64,000 nucleotides of DNA from Nitrososphaeraceae archaeon (GCA_044870765.1 JBIOZG010000043.1:32001-96000); one strand, 5' to 3'. Positions 31,668-41,587 are shown, numbered from the stretch's first letter. Notes: generated by a model not told the origin, from the letters alone. Numbers and translations: made by a program.

Positions 31668-32471
31668 ATGATTGAAACGCTAAAAACTGCATGTCTGGAG
31701 GTTAGAAAAACTGTCAAAGGCCTAGTTGGAACACCTGAAGGTAACACTAAAATGGGTCAGGGAGCTGGAGGAGATATTTCAAGAAAAATAGACATAGTAG
31801 CTGAACAAAAAGTTATAGAGACTATAAGAAAGTCTGGTACAAATCCCACAATAATTGGTGAAGAATGTGGTACCATTCCAGGTAACGATCAGGGATACAT
31901 AATTATGGATGCAATTGATGGAACAACTAACGTTACCAGATCCATTCCATTTAATTGCTGCTCTCTAGCCTATGCCACTGATTTAAAGCTGAGCTCTGTA
32001 ATAGACGCAGCCATAATAGATATTACTACAGGAGATCTCTATTATGCGTCAAAAGGTAAGGGTGCGTTTTTGAATGGCAATAACATGACAGTTAGAAAAT
32101 CTGACAAAATAAAGCAAGATGAAATCATTGCTGGTATTAACATATCTGGAGTTTCCCAGGAATTATTACATTCAATTGGTCCATTTATTTCAAAACTAAA
32201 TCACATCAGGGTCTTTGGCGCAAATGCGCTGGAGCTATGTTTTCTTGCCAGGGGATACCTGGACCTGTTTATGGATTTTAGGGCTAAAATTAGACCTACT
32301 GATATGGCCGCTGCCTTTCTAATAGTTAAGGAAGCAGGCGGACTTGTACTTGATAAATCCGGTAATACACTTGATTCTGACATATCGTCAGGTAATAGAT
32401 TTTCGTTTATTGCACTGTCTGACCATAAAATTTACAATATGCTTGCGCAAGATCTCAGTCTGTTCAAATAA
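31668..32471 (+). CDS. suhB: Inositol monophosphatase / fructose-1,6-bisphosphatase
   Basis: GEE, DAIDGTTN, RVFGANALEL, DMAAAFLIVKEAGG. Confidence 0.88.
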   Translation: MIETLKTACLEVRKTVKGLVGTPEGNTKMGQGAGGDISRKIDIVAEQKVIETIRKSGTNPTIIGEECGTIPGNDQGYIIMDAIDGTTNVTRSIPFNCCSLAYATDLKLSSVIDAAIIDITTGDLYYASKGKGAFLNGNNMTVRKSDKIKQDEIIAGINISGVSQELLHSIGPFISKLNHIRVFGANALELCFLARGYLDLFMDFRAKIRPTDMAAAFLIVKEAGGLVLDKSGNTLDSDISSGNRFSFIALSDHKIYNMLAQDLSLFK

Positions 32472-32479
32472 AAAAGAGG

Positions 32480-32585
32480 CGCCCGGACCGGGATTCGAAC
32501 CCGGGTCGAAGGAGTGACAGTCCCCCATACTAGACCGGACTTTATGCTTCAATATTTTACTATTGAAACTCTATACTATCCGGGC
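32480..32585 (-). tRNA. tRNA-Asp(GTC) with a ~31-nt non-canonical intron in the D-loop
   Basis: Reverse complement gives GCCCGGA acceptor stem, GGGGA-CT-GTC-AC anticodon arm, CCGGG-TTCGAAT-CCCGG T arm; insertion ~32540-32570 contains hairpin TTCAATA/TATTGAA. Confidence 0.9.
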
Positions 32586-32720
32586 GCATTGAAAAATTTC
32601 CTACTCTACAATTAATATGTTTTCTTGAAGGGTTATCTATGTAATCATCATTTTCGAAAAGTTGACATCCCGATATGGCTAAACATTAAATATACTACGG
32701 TACACGCTATTCAGAAATAT

Positions 32721-32817
32721 GGGCCCGTAGCTCAGCCAGGTAGAGTACCGGACTTTTAGCATTTCGGAAGAAAAGGAAGAAATCCGGCTGTCTCGGGTTC
32801 GAATCCCGACGGGCCCG
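32721..32817 (+). tRNA. tRNA-Lys(TTT) with canonical 37/38 intron (32759-32781)
   Basis: GGGCCCG acceptor stem, CCGGA-CT-TTT-A[intron]A-TCCGG, TCGGG-TTCGAAT-CCCGA. Confidence 0.93.
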
Positions 32818-32832
32818 TACTTTAATGCCGCC

Positions 32833-33339
32833 CTAATGACCAACTAGTTGTTTTCTGTGGCAATACAGAACTAGGAGTCTTTCGCATTCCAGTTTATAAT
32901 ATTCAAGCATTCTATTTGATGCGATTACCTGATTTCTCAAATCTATCAATTGAGTATTTGATCTGATTCTTTTTGATTCAAGCTGATTTATTTCATCAAT
33001 AAGTTTGATCTGCCTATCTTCCAGTGGCATGCATTTCAGATCTTGGAACTTTTCATAGTATTCAATAGCTCTTTCTGCTGGAATATCCAATTCTATTGAT
33101 ACTTCTAGAGGTCGCTTATTCTTATCGTATAGAGCATACGCCCTAGACTCTTTACTCTTATTAACCAATTGGCTTTCAGAATCTTCTGTATCACCGGATT
33201 CTGACTTAATGATACTGCTCAGCGTTGAGGGTGAAAGGTGCACTTCTTTACAAATTTCTCTATATGTATGGCCGTTGTGGTACATGTGTAGAGCCAATTC
33301 TCTTTTCTCTGCCGGAGTTTCAGCAAATGGGTTTACCAT
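32833..33339 (-). CDS. Helix-turn-helix protein with coiled-coil tail
   Basis: HTYREICKEVHLSPSTLSSII HTH, second HTH-like segment (RPLEVSIELDI), heptad tail; abuts tRNA-Lys. Confidence 0.7.
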   Translation of the reverse strand: MVNPFAETPAEKRELALHMYHNGHTYREICKEVHLSPSTLSSIIKSESGDTEDSESQLVNKSKESRAYALYDKNKRPLEVSIELDIPAERAIEYYEKFQDLKCMPLEDRQIKLIDEINQLESKRIRSNTQLIDLRNQVIASNRMLEYYKLECERLLVLYCHRKQLVGH

Positions 33340-33505
33340 GACTTATTTATATCTAAACGCCGTATTATTTTTCTATTTATGTTACTGTTGCTACATAGCT
33401 ACATGTAGCTAAAGTCTGTTACTTAGTGCTATAAGTTGAGTTTGAAAATAGTTTAATTTGTAAGTCTAATTAATTTTGTTTTAAATCCAAAAATTTCCTG
33501 GAATA

Positions 33506-33835
33506 TTATGAACCTACGCATCCAGCAGCAAACTTACTGGTCAGGAATCTATCATCGTCGCAGTCAAATGTGATACTCCCGTCATTTGCAAGACATGGCA
33601 GTTTTACATTCACAACTGAAACATCGCATGGTGGATATTTTGCTTGTTCCTCTGGAGGCGGTAGTGGTAATGGTAATCCCTTTTTCACGCTTGGACTCTG
33701 TCTCAACTTGCCTTTTTCAAGACATCCGTATGGATACTTTTCAATATGGAATTCTGGATCGTCACATGTAAAATAGGGTCCCTGAGGGCCACTACATGAC
33801 GATTTGGATTGACATTGTCGATCATGCCAACTTAA
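33506..33835 (-). pseudogene. Start-less fragment of a Cys-rich repeat protein
   Basis: Frame stays open upstream of 33706 without a start; internal repeat FTCDDPEFHIEKYPYGC / FDCDDDRFLTSKFAAGC. Confidence 0.45.
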
Positions 33836-33866
33836 CTATGTAAATATTGTTTGAATTCAAAACCGA

Positions 33867-34412
33867 CTAGGAATATGACTTTATATCCAAAATTATTTTT
33901 GCCTTATCATTTAGTGGGATATTACGAAAGTCCGATACCGGCTTGCCATCCACTGAAGCTATAACATTTTCACCATCGATATTGAGGCCTTTCCAAATGG
34001 CCAAAAATTCACTCAAAGTGTAGTTTCTTACTGCGTTGGATTCTATGTGAATCGTCCCGCTATAATCATGTGTGTGCAATGGTGACATTCCTTGCATACC
34101 AAATTTATCTAAAGTATGGTCCGCAAACAACAATGGATCCGCAAATATTCCTGTCTGCGTTATTCCAATATTAGCAGGAACGATTATTGGTTTTCCATTA
34201 ATAGTGACATTTAGACTTACGTGATTATGAATCAACATGTTGTTGGGGGCAGCCGAACTTTCCACAACAGTTGAAAAGCCGAAAACGACTACAGCTATCA
34301 ACGCAATAGTTACCTGAATCAAACCCAAAATGACTTTTTTTCTTACTGTGCAGCTTGCGATTAAGTAATGATTGTCGCTGGTTCGATTATCACTCAGTAT
34401 TTTTGAATACAA
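33867..34412 (-). CDS. Membrane-anchored His-rich putative metal-binding protein
   Basis: TM helix, IHNH, VPANIGI, PLHTHDYSGTIHIES. Confidence 0.7.
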   Translation of the reverse strand: MYSKILSDNRTSDNHYLIASCTVRKKVILGLIQVTIALIAVVVFGFSTVVESSAAPNNMLIHNHVSLNVTINGKPIIVPANIGITQTGIFADPLLFADHTLDKFGMQGMSPLHTHDYSGTIHIESNAVRNYTLSEFLAIWKGLNIDGENVIASVDGKPVSDFRNIPLNDKAKIILDIKSYS

Positions 34413-34527
34413 TCTAATTTCTCATATTATAACCGCCGTTTTTAATCCTTATTGCATTTGGAAGTAGAGGCTATGAAGAATTAAATGTCAGATATCAATA
34501 ACATGGCTCGTCTTCGAGACGATTGAA

Positions 34528-35241
34528 ATGAAAATAATAACTCTTGCCGTATTGTGTCTGGTCTTAGTTTTAGGCTCAAGTCTCAGTGTTTCGAATTCAA
34601 ACTCGGTAGTATTTGCCTTTCATTTTGGAACTACCAGGATATATTCGGACGTTTATACAGGCGCAGGGAATAGCAGCGCACCGATAAATGAATTTGATCC
34701 TGAAAACAGGGAGATTTATACCGGTGAAACTGTTAAGTGGTCAAATCCAACGGCAGGGAAACCATATCCACATATTGTTACCTTCATAGGTAATCAAAGT
34801 ACTGAATTAAAATCAAAAATATCAAACATAACTATGACATTCCAGTCATCCAATTTGGAGTCTTTAATTAGCAATTTGAATAAATCAATATCCAAAGACG
34901 ATAAACAAACCGGTAATGCTAGTCAGACTTTCAATGGAGGGTCGATTATTTTTCCGTCCTTGGTAAATTCTTCGAACCTGTCTGTAACCTATCTGAATGC
35001 TAGTGGAAATCAGCTTTTTAAAGGTGCTGAATACAACTTTACGGGAAATGAAACCTATCTTAATTCAGGACTAATTTGGGCTGGCGGTGTGATACCGAAC
35101 GGGTTTCTGAAAATAAATTCGTTTATAGTCACTTTTATGAATCCCGGAACCTATCATTACCAATGCTTGATATACCCAGAGATGAAAGGCATGATAACAG
35201 TTAAACCGAATCCAGGAATGTTAGGTATTAATATAAAATAA
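34528..35241 (+). CDS. Secreted cupredoxin (plastocyanin-like) protein with altered Cu ligand
   Basis: Signal peptide, FDP...GETVKWSN...PHIVTF, PGTYHYQCLIYPEMKGMITV. Confidence 0.8.
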   Translation: MKIITLAVLCLVLVLGSSLSVSNSNSVVFAFHFGTTRIYSDVYTGAGNSSAPINEFDPENREIYTGETVKWSNPTAGKPYPHIVTFIGNQSTELKSKISNITMTFQSSNLESLISNLNKSISKDDKQTGNASQTFNGGSIIFPSLVNSSNLSVTYLNASGNQLFKGAEYNFTGNETYLNSGLIWAGGVIPNGFLKINSFIVTFMNPGTYHYQCLIYPEMKGMITVKPNPGMLGINIK

Positions 35242-35380
35242 TTTTCTTATTTTAATTCAGCGGACCAATATTAACTAAATTTTCGTCTTAGTAGTAATGC
35301 AACTATCGAAGTTCCAATAAATGGAGCAGGCCATAAAGTCCCAGTGATAACGCTATAACATTGAATACGAGGTCAAACAA

Positions 35381-35448
35381 AAAGCTAAATACAAACCAGT
35401 AGAACCCGGGTACATGCAAGGTTTGAATCCCGAGGCATTCCACCCGTA
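35381..35448 (+). repeat. att-like repeat copy 1
   Basis: AAAGCTAAATA-N6-AGTAGAACCCGGGTACATGCAAGGTTTGAATCCCGAGG...CCCGTA. Confidence 0.85.
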
Positions 35449-35673
35449 ACAGTTCATTAATATTTTATCTATAGTTACATAGTTAGAACCAACGATTAGA
35501 AAAGTATTATCCCATTTTAGGACATGCCTGTAGGCGATTTCCTATCTTGACTATGTTCAACGGACACGTGATAGCTCAACATCTCTGGAGTCTCAAAATT
35601 CTTGCACATCTTTCGCATCTGAGTTTCTTTGGCTTTACTTCTGCAGTTGACATCTTAAATCAATAATCCATTC

Positions 35674-37335
35674 CTAAACCGTCATTGTATGGTATCCTGT
35701 GGCACCATTGGGGAAAGGGGGGTTCATCTCAGTGGTTTGAATCTTTCCTGTTTTGTCGGTTGCTCGAACTACAATGGCATAATTTTCTTTATCCGGCGGT
35801 ACATATCCGGCTGTCCACAGTACCCAAGTATACTGCGAGAGAGGATCCTTTACTTTTGCTGTTTTCCAGGTAGTCCCTCCATCAGTGCTAACCTCAATCT
35901 TTGCTATTCCCCTGTCTCCTGCAAATGCTATCCCTGCAATTGGAACTCTACTCTCGTAGGAGGAAGCTGCAGTTTCATCTAGCTTTCTGAATCTTTGTCT
36001 TGCCGGCGCCTGACCGGGAATTAAAATGGATGAACCAGTTTTGTCCTCAGCGTTATTAGCCCATCCTAGCCGCTGCCAATAGCCCTCATAAACCTTATCT
36101 ACTAATTCAATTTCTGTTATCCACTTTGGATTCATCATTCCGTATAGGCCTGGTACTATTGCCCTAACGGGGAATCCATGTTTAGGCGTAAGTGGAGTAT
36201 AATTCATATCATATGCAAGTATAGTCCCTTCCATTTGGGATCTCTCTATAGGTATTCCTACATCATAACCGTCGGCGCATCTAAACACGACATATTTTAC
36301 GTTTGGCTTAATTGCAGCCTTATCAAGCAGATAGCTTAAACGTACACCCTTCCAAAGAGCGGTGCTTATTAGTTCGCCACCTACCTTGTTGCTTATGCAT
36401 TCTAATGTTACATATTCCTCTACTGAAGGCATTGCCTTGATCTGGTCATAGTTAATGCTCAATGGTTTTTCGACTAGCCCCTTTATCGTAAGATTCCAAG
36501 ACTTTGAATCGACTTGAGGAACTATTGGATTGATATCAATCCTGTAAAATAAATATGTTGGAGTAACTTCAGAAGCAAGAAGTGGTACTAGATTTGGATC
36601 TTCAAAGCCCTTAGGTCGAGGTCCGGTCTGTGGTAACAGTGGGGTAGTCGATTCTTGTTCTTGTTCCTCATTTTGTCTGGAAAGAAGTCTATCGACGCCA
36701 AGAAAAATTATCGGTAATGCTATTGCTGCGCCTGCTAATAGGCGAAGAAATGCTCTTCTACTATATTTTATGTCAATAGTGTCAATTGATTTATCTGGAC
36801 TAGCATTAGGCTCAGGCTCAGGTACCTCCATAGATTTTTCCTTTGTTCTACCATGAAAGAATGACGAAAACGTAAATCCAAAGGCAAGCTGGGATGGAAT
36901 AAGGGATAGCACTATAAGGGATATTGGCACGACCTGTATACCACTTCGTGATTGAATTAGCGTAACCAGCATTATTGCTATAATTATGAAAATTATATAT
37001 GACAAGGAAGAGGACAGTAAAGCCTCCAGCAGATATCCCCCACTTTTCAATCTAGAAAATAGCTTATCTAGTAAAATCGCTATAATTCCAAATGCTATTA
37101 TATTTGCAATAATTGAACCAATGAACGCCGAATATTTAGCAAGAGGTCCGAAATTTTCAACTGCCTGAGATTCAAATTCTCCAGGTGTTACTGAAAACAA
37201 TGCCTGAGACGCAACTTCTGGTAGAAACAATCCACCACTCGTTTCTTTTAGTATTATTGACACTGCAACAGCCACCGTTCCTGCCGCCAAGCCTGCAACA
37301 AAAGGAACAAGGAATCTGCGTGAATTTCTTGCCAC
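35674..37335 (-). CDS. Membrane-bound sulfite-oxidase-family molybdoenzyme
   Basis: FYRID, TLECISN (Mo-ligating Cys), LISTALWKGV, HGFPVRAIVPGLYG, GYWQRLGW, dimerisation domain; N-terminal TMs and internal SRRAFL. Confidence 0.88.
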   Translation of the reverse strand: MARNSRRFLVPFVAGLAAGTVAVAVSIILKETSGGLFLPEVASQALFSVTPGEFESQAVENFGPLAKYSAFIGSIIANIIAFGIIAILLDKLFSRLKSGGYLLEALLSSSLSYIIFIIIAIMLVTLIQSRSGIQVVPISLIVLSLIPSQLAFGFTFSSFFHGRTKEKSMEVPEPEPNASPDKSIDTIDIKYSRRAFLRLLAGAAIALPIIFLGVDRLLSRQNEEQEQESTTPLLPQTGPRPKGFEDPNLVPLLASEVTPTYLFYRIDINPIVPQVDSKSWNLTIKGLVEKPLSINYDQIKAMPSVEEYVTLECISNKVGGELISTALWKGVRLSYLLDKAAIKPNVKYVVFRCADGYDVGIPIERSQMEGTILAYDMNYTPLTPKHGFPVRAIVPGLYGMMNPKWITEIELVDKVYEGYWQRLGWANNAEDKTGSSILIPGQAPARQRFRKLDETAASSYESRVPIAGIAFAGDRGIAKIEVSTDGGTTWKTAKVKDPLSQYTWVLWTAGYVPPDKENYAIVVRATDKTGKIQTTEMNPPFPNGATGYHTMTV

Positions 37336-37474
37336 GTATTTTGATCGAATTTTAACGATTTAAGGTTTCTTTCGATTCAGTGTACTCTGAACTATTGCCT
37401 GATTAGTAGGAAGCTCCGCAGTTACAAGTGCCTATTTGGTTTATTGCTCTAGCTATCTAATCTACACTTCACAA

Positions 37475-37849
37475 TTATGATGAATCATTTTGAGCCTTCG
37501 ATATAGTAGTCGACATATTCGGTTCCATACTCTTCATCATGCCCATCATGTCTTTTTCGTGCATCTTAATTCCTAGATCCGTCATATTTAGCTGCATAAT
37601 TGCGCCCTTGACGTCTCCTTCATTTAGGTCCATGATCGCCTCCATTAAATGCATTTTAGCATTATCCAGTGACGATCCAAAAGTCATATTGCCACCTGGC
37701 ATCATCATTGTCTGATTATTGACAGCAGACATGTTTTCTTTTTCGTTTACAGATAGGTCTTGACTGAAGATGACTTTTGATGTTACTGCTATCAGAACAG
37801 TAACACCTATGGCAATCACCAATACGCTAATACTCATTTGGTTTGACAT
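37475..37849 (-). CDS. Met-rich secreted small protein
   Basis: Signal peptide; many Met residues (TMMMPGG, DMMGMMKSM). Confidence 0.65.
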   Translation of the reverse strand: MSNQMSISVLVIAIGVTVLIAVTSKVIFSQDLSVNEKENMSAVNNQTMMMPGGNMTFGSSLDNAKMHLMEAIMDLNEGDVKGAIMQLNMTDLGIKMHEKDMMGMMKSMEPNMSTTISKAQNDSS

Positions 37850-38134
37850 TGCTAAAAGTAGTAATTATGTCCAAAACATATTATATAAAGAGTATCCAAA
37901 TGCGTAACGAGACATTGAAATGTACCAGAAATACTTTTGCCGATATTAATGCCGATATTCCCTGCGTCAGGACATTCTCTTGCTCTACCATCCAAAAATT
38001 TTTTTATTAATAGTAAACCTATCTTGAATCCTACCGGAAAAAATCAAGCTATGGAATATAATATCTAATCTTGGAATAAATCGACAAATTGTTAGTGGTA
38101 CTCTCTTAAATACTAAATAAGTCATACAATAGGA

Positions 38135-39454
38135 ATGCATTGGACACCCTCAGATTATACATCAGTGAAGGCAAGCTATTCTAAACTAATGGATGCAATA
38201 ACTATCAGACCAAGGGCAGAATCAATCTTTGCTGAGCAGGCAATAGGACGGGTTCTATGGACTGATATAATATCGCATACCGATATCCCATCGAGTAACT
38301 GTTCTCACATGGATGGATTTGTTGTAAAATATAACGATATCAGTAGGATATCTCAACATAGACCAATAAAACTAAGGGTAGTGCCTAGAAGAAAAGATGA
38401 CATGAATGAAAACCAGGTCCTGTTTACAGGACAAACTATTAGAGTCTCAACTGGCGAAGTCTTACCACGTTTGGGAGATACAGTTATCCCTGTCGAATAT
38501 ACACAGTTAGATGCTAAAAATAATTCAATTATAATTCAAAGGGTGTCGGCTAAAGGATCGTTTGTATCTCATAAGGGTAGTGAGATCGCATGTAAGGATT
38601 TGTTACTAACCAAAGGTCACATTCTTAGGGCACAGGATTTAGCATTAATCGCAATGCTTGGGATTCGAAAGCTAAAAATTTTTAAAAAACCAAAAGTTGC
38701 AATAATTCCTACAGGCAATGAACTTACTGAGGACATTGCTGACATAAAGCGTGGAAAAATATTAAATACTAATAGTAAAGTCATATCTAATTTAATTGAA
38801 AAATTAGGAGGTACTCCTTTAGATCTGGGAATTACACCTGATAACATTCACAAGATAAAAAACAAAATTAGACTTGCGTTGTCTCAAAGTGATATCATAT
38901 TAACAACGGGCGGATCTTCCGTTGGATTGCTAGATCTTGTTGCTGAATCAATAAACTATATTGGAAAGCCAGGAATTCTGGTTCACGGAATAAAACTTGA
39001 TCGTGGAAGGGTAACGGGCCTCGCTGCACTCCACAACAGACCAGTAATTATTCTTCCCGGACCCATACAAGGAGCTGTGAACGCCTTTATTGTATTTGCT
39101 CAGCCACTAATTAGATTTATGTTGGGTCTGTATCCTTTTAATAAACCATTTATTTCAGCAAAGCTTACTGAAAATTGGAACGCCCGAAGAAAATTTCAAG
39201 ACTTTACAAAAATAATATATGTGAAGTTAACGTTATCAGAATCAGGTGAATTTCATGCAAAACCCATAACCGGGGAAACTACGGACATTACAGTGCTAAC
39301 AGGGAGCAATGGCTTTATTTTGGTACCCGAACGCTCGACTATGCTAAAAAGGGGGCAAAAAGTTAAAATAAACATTTTTCCTGGTCTGTCTTTTTCATCA
39401 GGTAACCCAGTAGAGTTTCCTTACCTGGCAGAAAGATCGTTCATTCCGTTTTAG
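38135..39454 (+). CDS. moeA: Molybdopterin molybdenumtransferase
   Basis: SHMDGF, PTGNEL, TTGGSSVG, LPGP. Confidence 0.9.
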   Translation: MHWTPSDYTSVKASYSKLMDAITIRPRAESIFAEQAIGRVLWTDIISHTDIPSSNCSHMDGFVVKYNDISRISQHRPIKLRVVPRRKDDMNENQVLFTGQTIRVSTGEVLPRLGDTVIPVEYTQLDAKNNSIIIQRVSAKGSFVSHKGSEIACKDLLLTKGHILRAQDLALIAMLGIRKLKIFKKPKVAIIPTGNELTEDIADIKRGKILNTNSKVISNLIEKLGGTPLDLGITPDNIHKIKNKIRLALSQSDIILTTGGSSVGLLDLVAESINYIGKPGILVHGIKLDRGRVTGLAALHNRPVIILPGPIQGAVNAFIVFAQPLIRFMLGLYPFNKPFISAKLTENWNARRKFQDFTKIIYVKLTLSESGEFHAKPITGETTDITVLTGSNGFILVPERSTMLKRGQKVKINIFPGLSFSSGNPVEFPYLAERSFIPF

Positions 39455-39461
39455 AAATACA

Positions 39462-40232
39462 TCATTTAAACAACCTAGTAGCCAGATTAATCCCTGCGAC
39501 AGCTACTATAATTCCTATGATAAAAATTAATTTTTCGTGACTCAATTTTAATGCCCCCAACCTGGAACCTAGAAATCCCCCAAGAAGGACTACAAAGGCC
39601 AATGGTAAAATCAGTACAAAATCAACTTCCTGTGTGATTGAATGGGCAACAAGTCCGCTAACCGAATTTGTGAGTATGAATAAACTAGCTGAGGCCGCAA
39701 CTGTCTTTGGATTTGCTAGACCGGTTAATATCAAGATTGGTGATAACCAGATGCCCCCACCAATTCCAACAAGGCCCGAAACAGTCCCTAAAATAGCACC
39801 TAATGGTAATGTGATTAATGAAAGCCTAGGTAGACTTAGGTTTAATTTTCTTATTTTCTCCCGCCTTATTTTTATCTGGTTACCACTTAATAGTAGCATG
39901 GCCGAAGCTGAAAAAAGAGCAATTACGAAGATTAGTATGAGAGTTTTTTCTGGTAGTATAGTAGAACCTCCAATAAAAGCAAATGGTACTGAAATAAGTA
40001 ACGGAATAGATATACGAAGTGATAGGTGACCTGCCCTTAAATAATTGAAGAGCGCTATTGAAGCAACAACTATATTCAGAGCTAATGACACAGGAGGGAT
40101 GGTGAATAGATTTACCCCAACAAGAACTAGTATGGCAATATAGCTGCTTCCTCCTGCAAATCCAACACTAGAATAAATAAAACTTATTGCAAAGAAAACT
40201 GGAACAAGTATTATCAGTAATTGCTCATTAAT
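39462..40232 (-). CDS. TauE/SafE (TSUP) family sulfite exporter/permease; frame extends upstream of the GTG at 40091
   Basis: YSSVGFAGGSSY upstream in frame, SGLVGIGGGIWLSP, ~8 TM helices. Confidence 0.82.
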   Translation of the reverse strand: MNEQLLIILVPVFFAISFIYSSVGFAGGSSYIAILVLVGVNLFTIPPVSLALNIVVASIALFNYLRAGHLSLRISIPLLISVPFAFIGGSTILPEKTLILIFVIALFSASAMLLLSGNQIKIRREKIRKLNLSLPRLSLITLPLGAILGTVSGLVGIGGGIWLSPILILTGLANPKTVAASASLFILTNSVSGLVAHSITQEVDFVLILPLAFVVLLGGFLGSRLGALKLSHEKLIFIIGIIVAVAGINLATRLFK

Positions 40233-41187
40233 GGCCGTGTCCCTCCATCATCTTAAATGCATGATCTAGCCCCGGAAATAAGAATTCTAAAGACTCTGAT
40301 ACTGCACTTAAACTTCCCGGAATATTTACTATTAAACTCTTTCCTCTTACTCCCGCAACACCTCTTGAGAGCATCGATAACGGTGTTCTTCTCTGCCCAT
40401 ATGCCCTACTTCCCTCTGCAATTCCCGTTATTTCCCTTTCTAAGACGTTTCTTGTAGCTTCAGGTGTCACGTCTCTTGGACCAAGTCCTGTTCCTCCAGT
40501 TGTCAATATCAAGTTTAAATGGAGATCATCTGAATATTTTATTAAGAGTTCCTCAATAACAGAACTATCGTCAGGCACTACTTGGGATTTGACCACATCA
40601 ATACCTCTATTTTTTAGAGTTTTAACGATTAATTTTCCGGATTTATCTCCCCGCTTGCCAGCTGCAACTGAATCGCTGACGACAATCACACCTGCTCTGA
40701 TCTTATTTCCCTGCTTAATTGCAAAATGGCCCATTCCTCCTGACTTTTCGACAAGCTTTACAGATGAGATAAATAATGTTTCGTCTATGGGTTTTAGCAT
40801 ATCATATATCGTCAATGCACCAATACAAGCTCCACTAAGGGCTTCCATTTCTACCCCCGTTTTCCAAATACTTTTAACTTCTACATCGACTTCAATTGCG
40901 TGGGATTTTACTGATACTTGAACCTTAATTTGATCTATAGGTATTGGATGACAGTATGGTATAATGTCTGATGTTTTTTTAGCGCCCGACGTAGCTGCTA
41001 TCTTCGCTGCCTCCACAATATCCCCCTTGGGAGACTTTCCTTGTCTAATCAATACTGCCGTTTTGGCGTCTATACTCAATACCGCCTTTGCTTGTGCGGT
41101 TCTGTGAGAATCTGGCTTAGCACCAACATCAAACATTCCCCTGCCCTTTTTATCGTGCATCTTTTCTCTACTCAAGTAATACTCCAT
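40228..41187 (-). CDS. moaC: Bifunctional MoaC/MoaB (cPMP synthase plus molybdopterin adenylyltransferase)
   Basis: MFDVGAK, IPYCHP, TGVEMEAL, YDMLK; C-domain VSDS, TTGGTGLGPRDVTPEA. Confidence 0.92.
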   Translation of the reverse strand: MEYYLSREKMHDKKGRGMFDVGAKPDSHRTAQAKAVLSIDAKTAVLIRQGKSPKGDIVEAAKIAATSGAKKTSDIIPYCHPIPIDQIKVQVSVKSHAIEVDVEVKSIWKTGVEMEALSGACIGALTIYDMLKPIDETLFISSVKLVEKSGGMGHFAIKQGNKIRAGVIVVSDSVAAGKRGDKSGKLIVKTLKNRGIDVVKSQVVPDDSSVIEELLIKYSDDLHLNLILTTGGTGLGPRDVTPEATRNVLEREITGIAEGSRAYGQRRTPLSMLSRGVAGVRGKSLIVNIPGSLSAVSESLEFLFPGLDHAFKMMEGHGH

Positions 41188-41584
41188 CAGCCCATTTCTG
41201 ACTTTCTTTAGATATTTCCTTTTTCCAAATAGGTACCCGAGTTTTCACATTATTTAGAACATATTTGCATGCCTCAAAAGCTTCATGCCTATGCTCTGAA
41301 GAGACCCCAATTATAATACTGGTCTCACCGGCTTTTATATTACCGATCCTATGAATTGCAACTAATTTTTTTATTCCCCATTTTGTTTGTGCTTCATTTT
41401 CAATTTCCCTCAATTTTTCTTGTGCCATCTCATTGTAAGTCTCATAATAGATTTCTGAAACGTTACCAAACCTTCCATGATTACGGACGTTGCCTATGAA
41501 AATTGATAATGCACCTGCAGAATTGTCCTCTAGTTCAAACATTATCTCTTGCAAATTTAGACGGTTATTGGTAATACTAATCAA
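41168..41584 (-). CDS. moaE: Molybdopterin synthase catalytic subunit
   Basis: FIGNVR, HRIG, HRHEAF, KTRVPIWKKE. Confidence 0.93.
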   Translation of the reverse strand: MISITNNRLNLQEIMFELEDNSAGALSIFIGNVRNHGRFGNVSEIYYETYNEMAQEKLREIENEAQTKWGIKKLVAIHRIGNIKAGETSIIIGVSSEHRHEAFEACKYVLNNVKTRVPIWKKEISKESQKWADGVLLE

Positions 41585-41587
41585 GAT

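Noticed and set aside
38011-38037. TAGTAAACCT...TTGAATCCTACCGG as a sixth repeat copy
   Set aside because: Needs a large gap and lacks the dyad; could be chance in AT-rich DNA.
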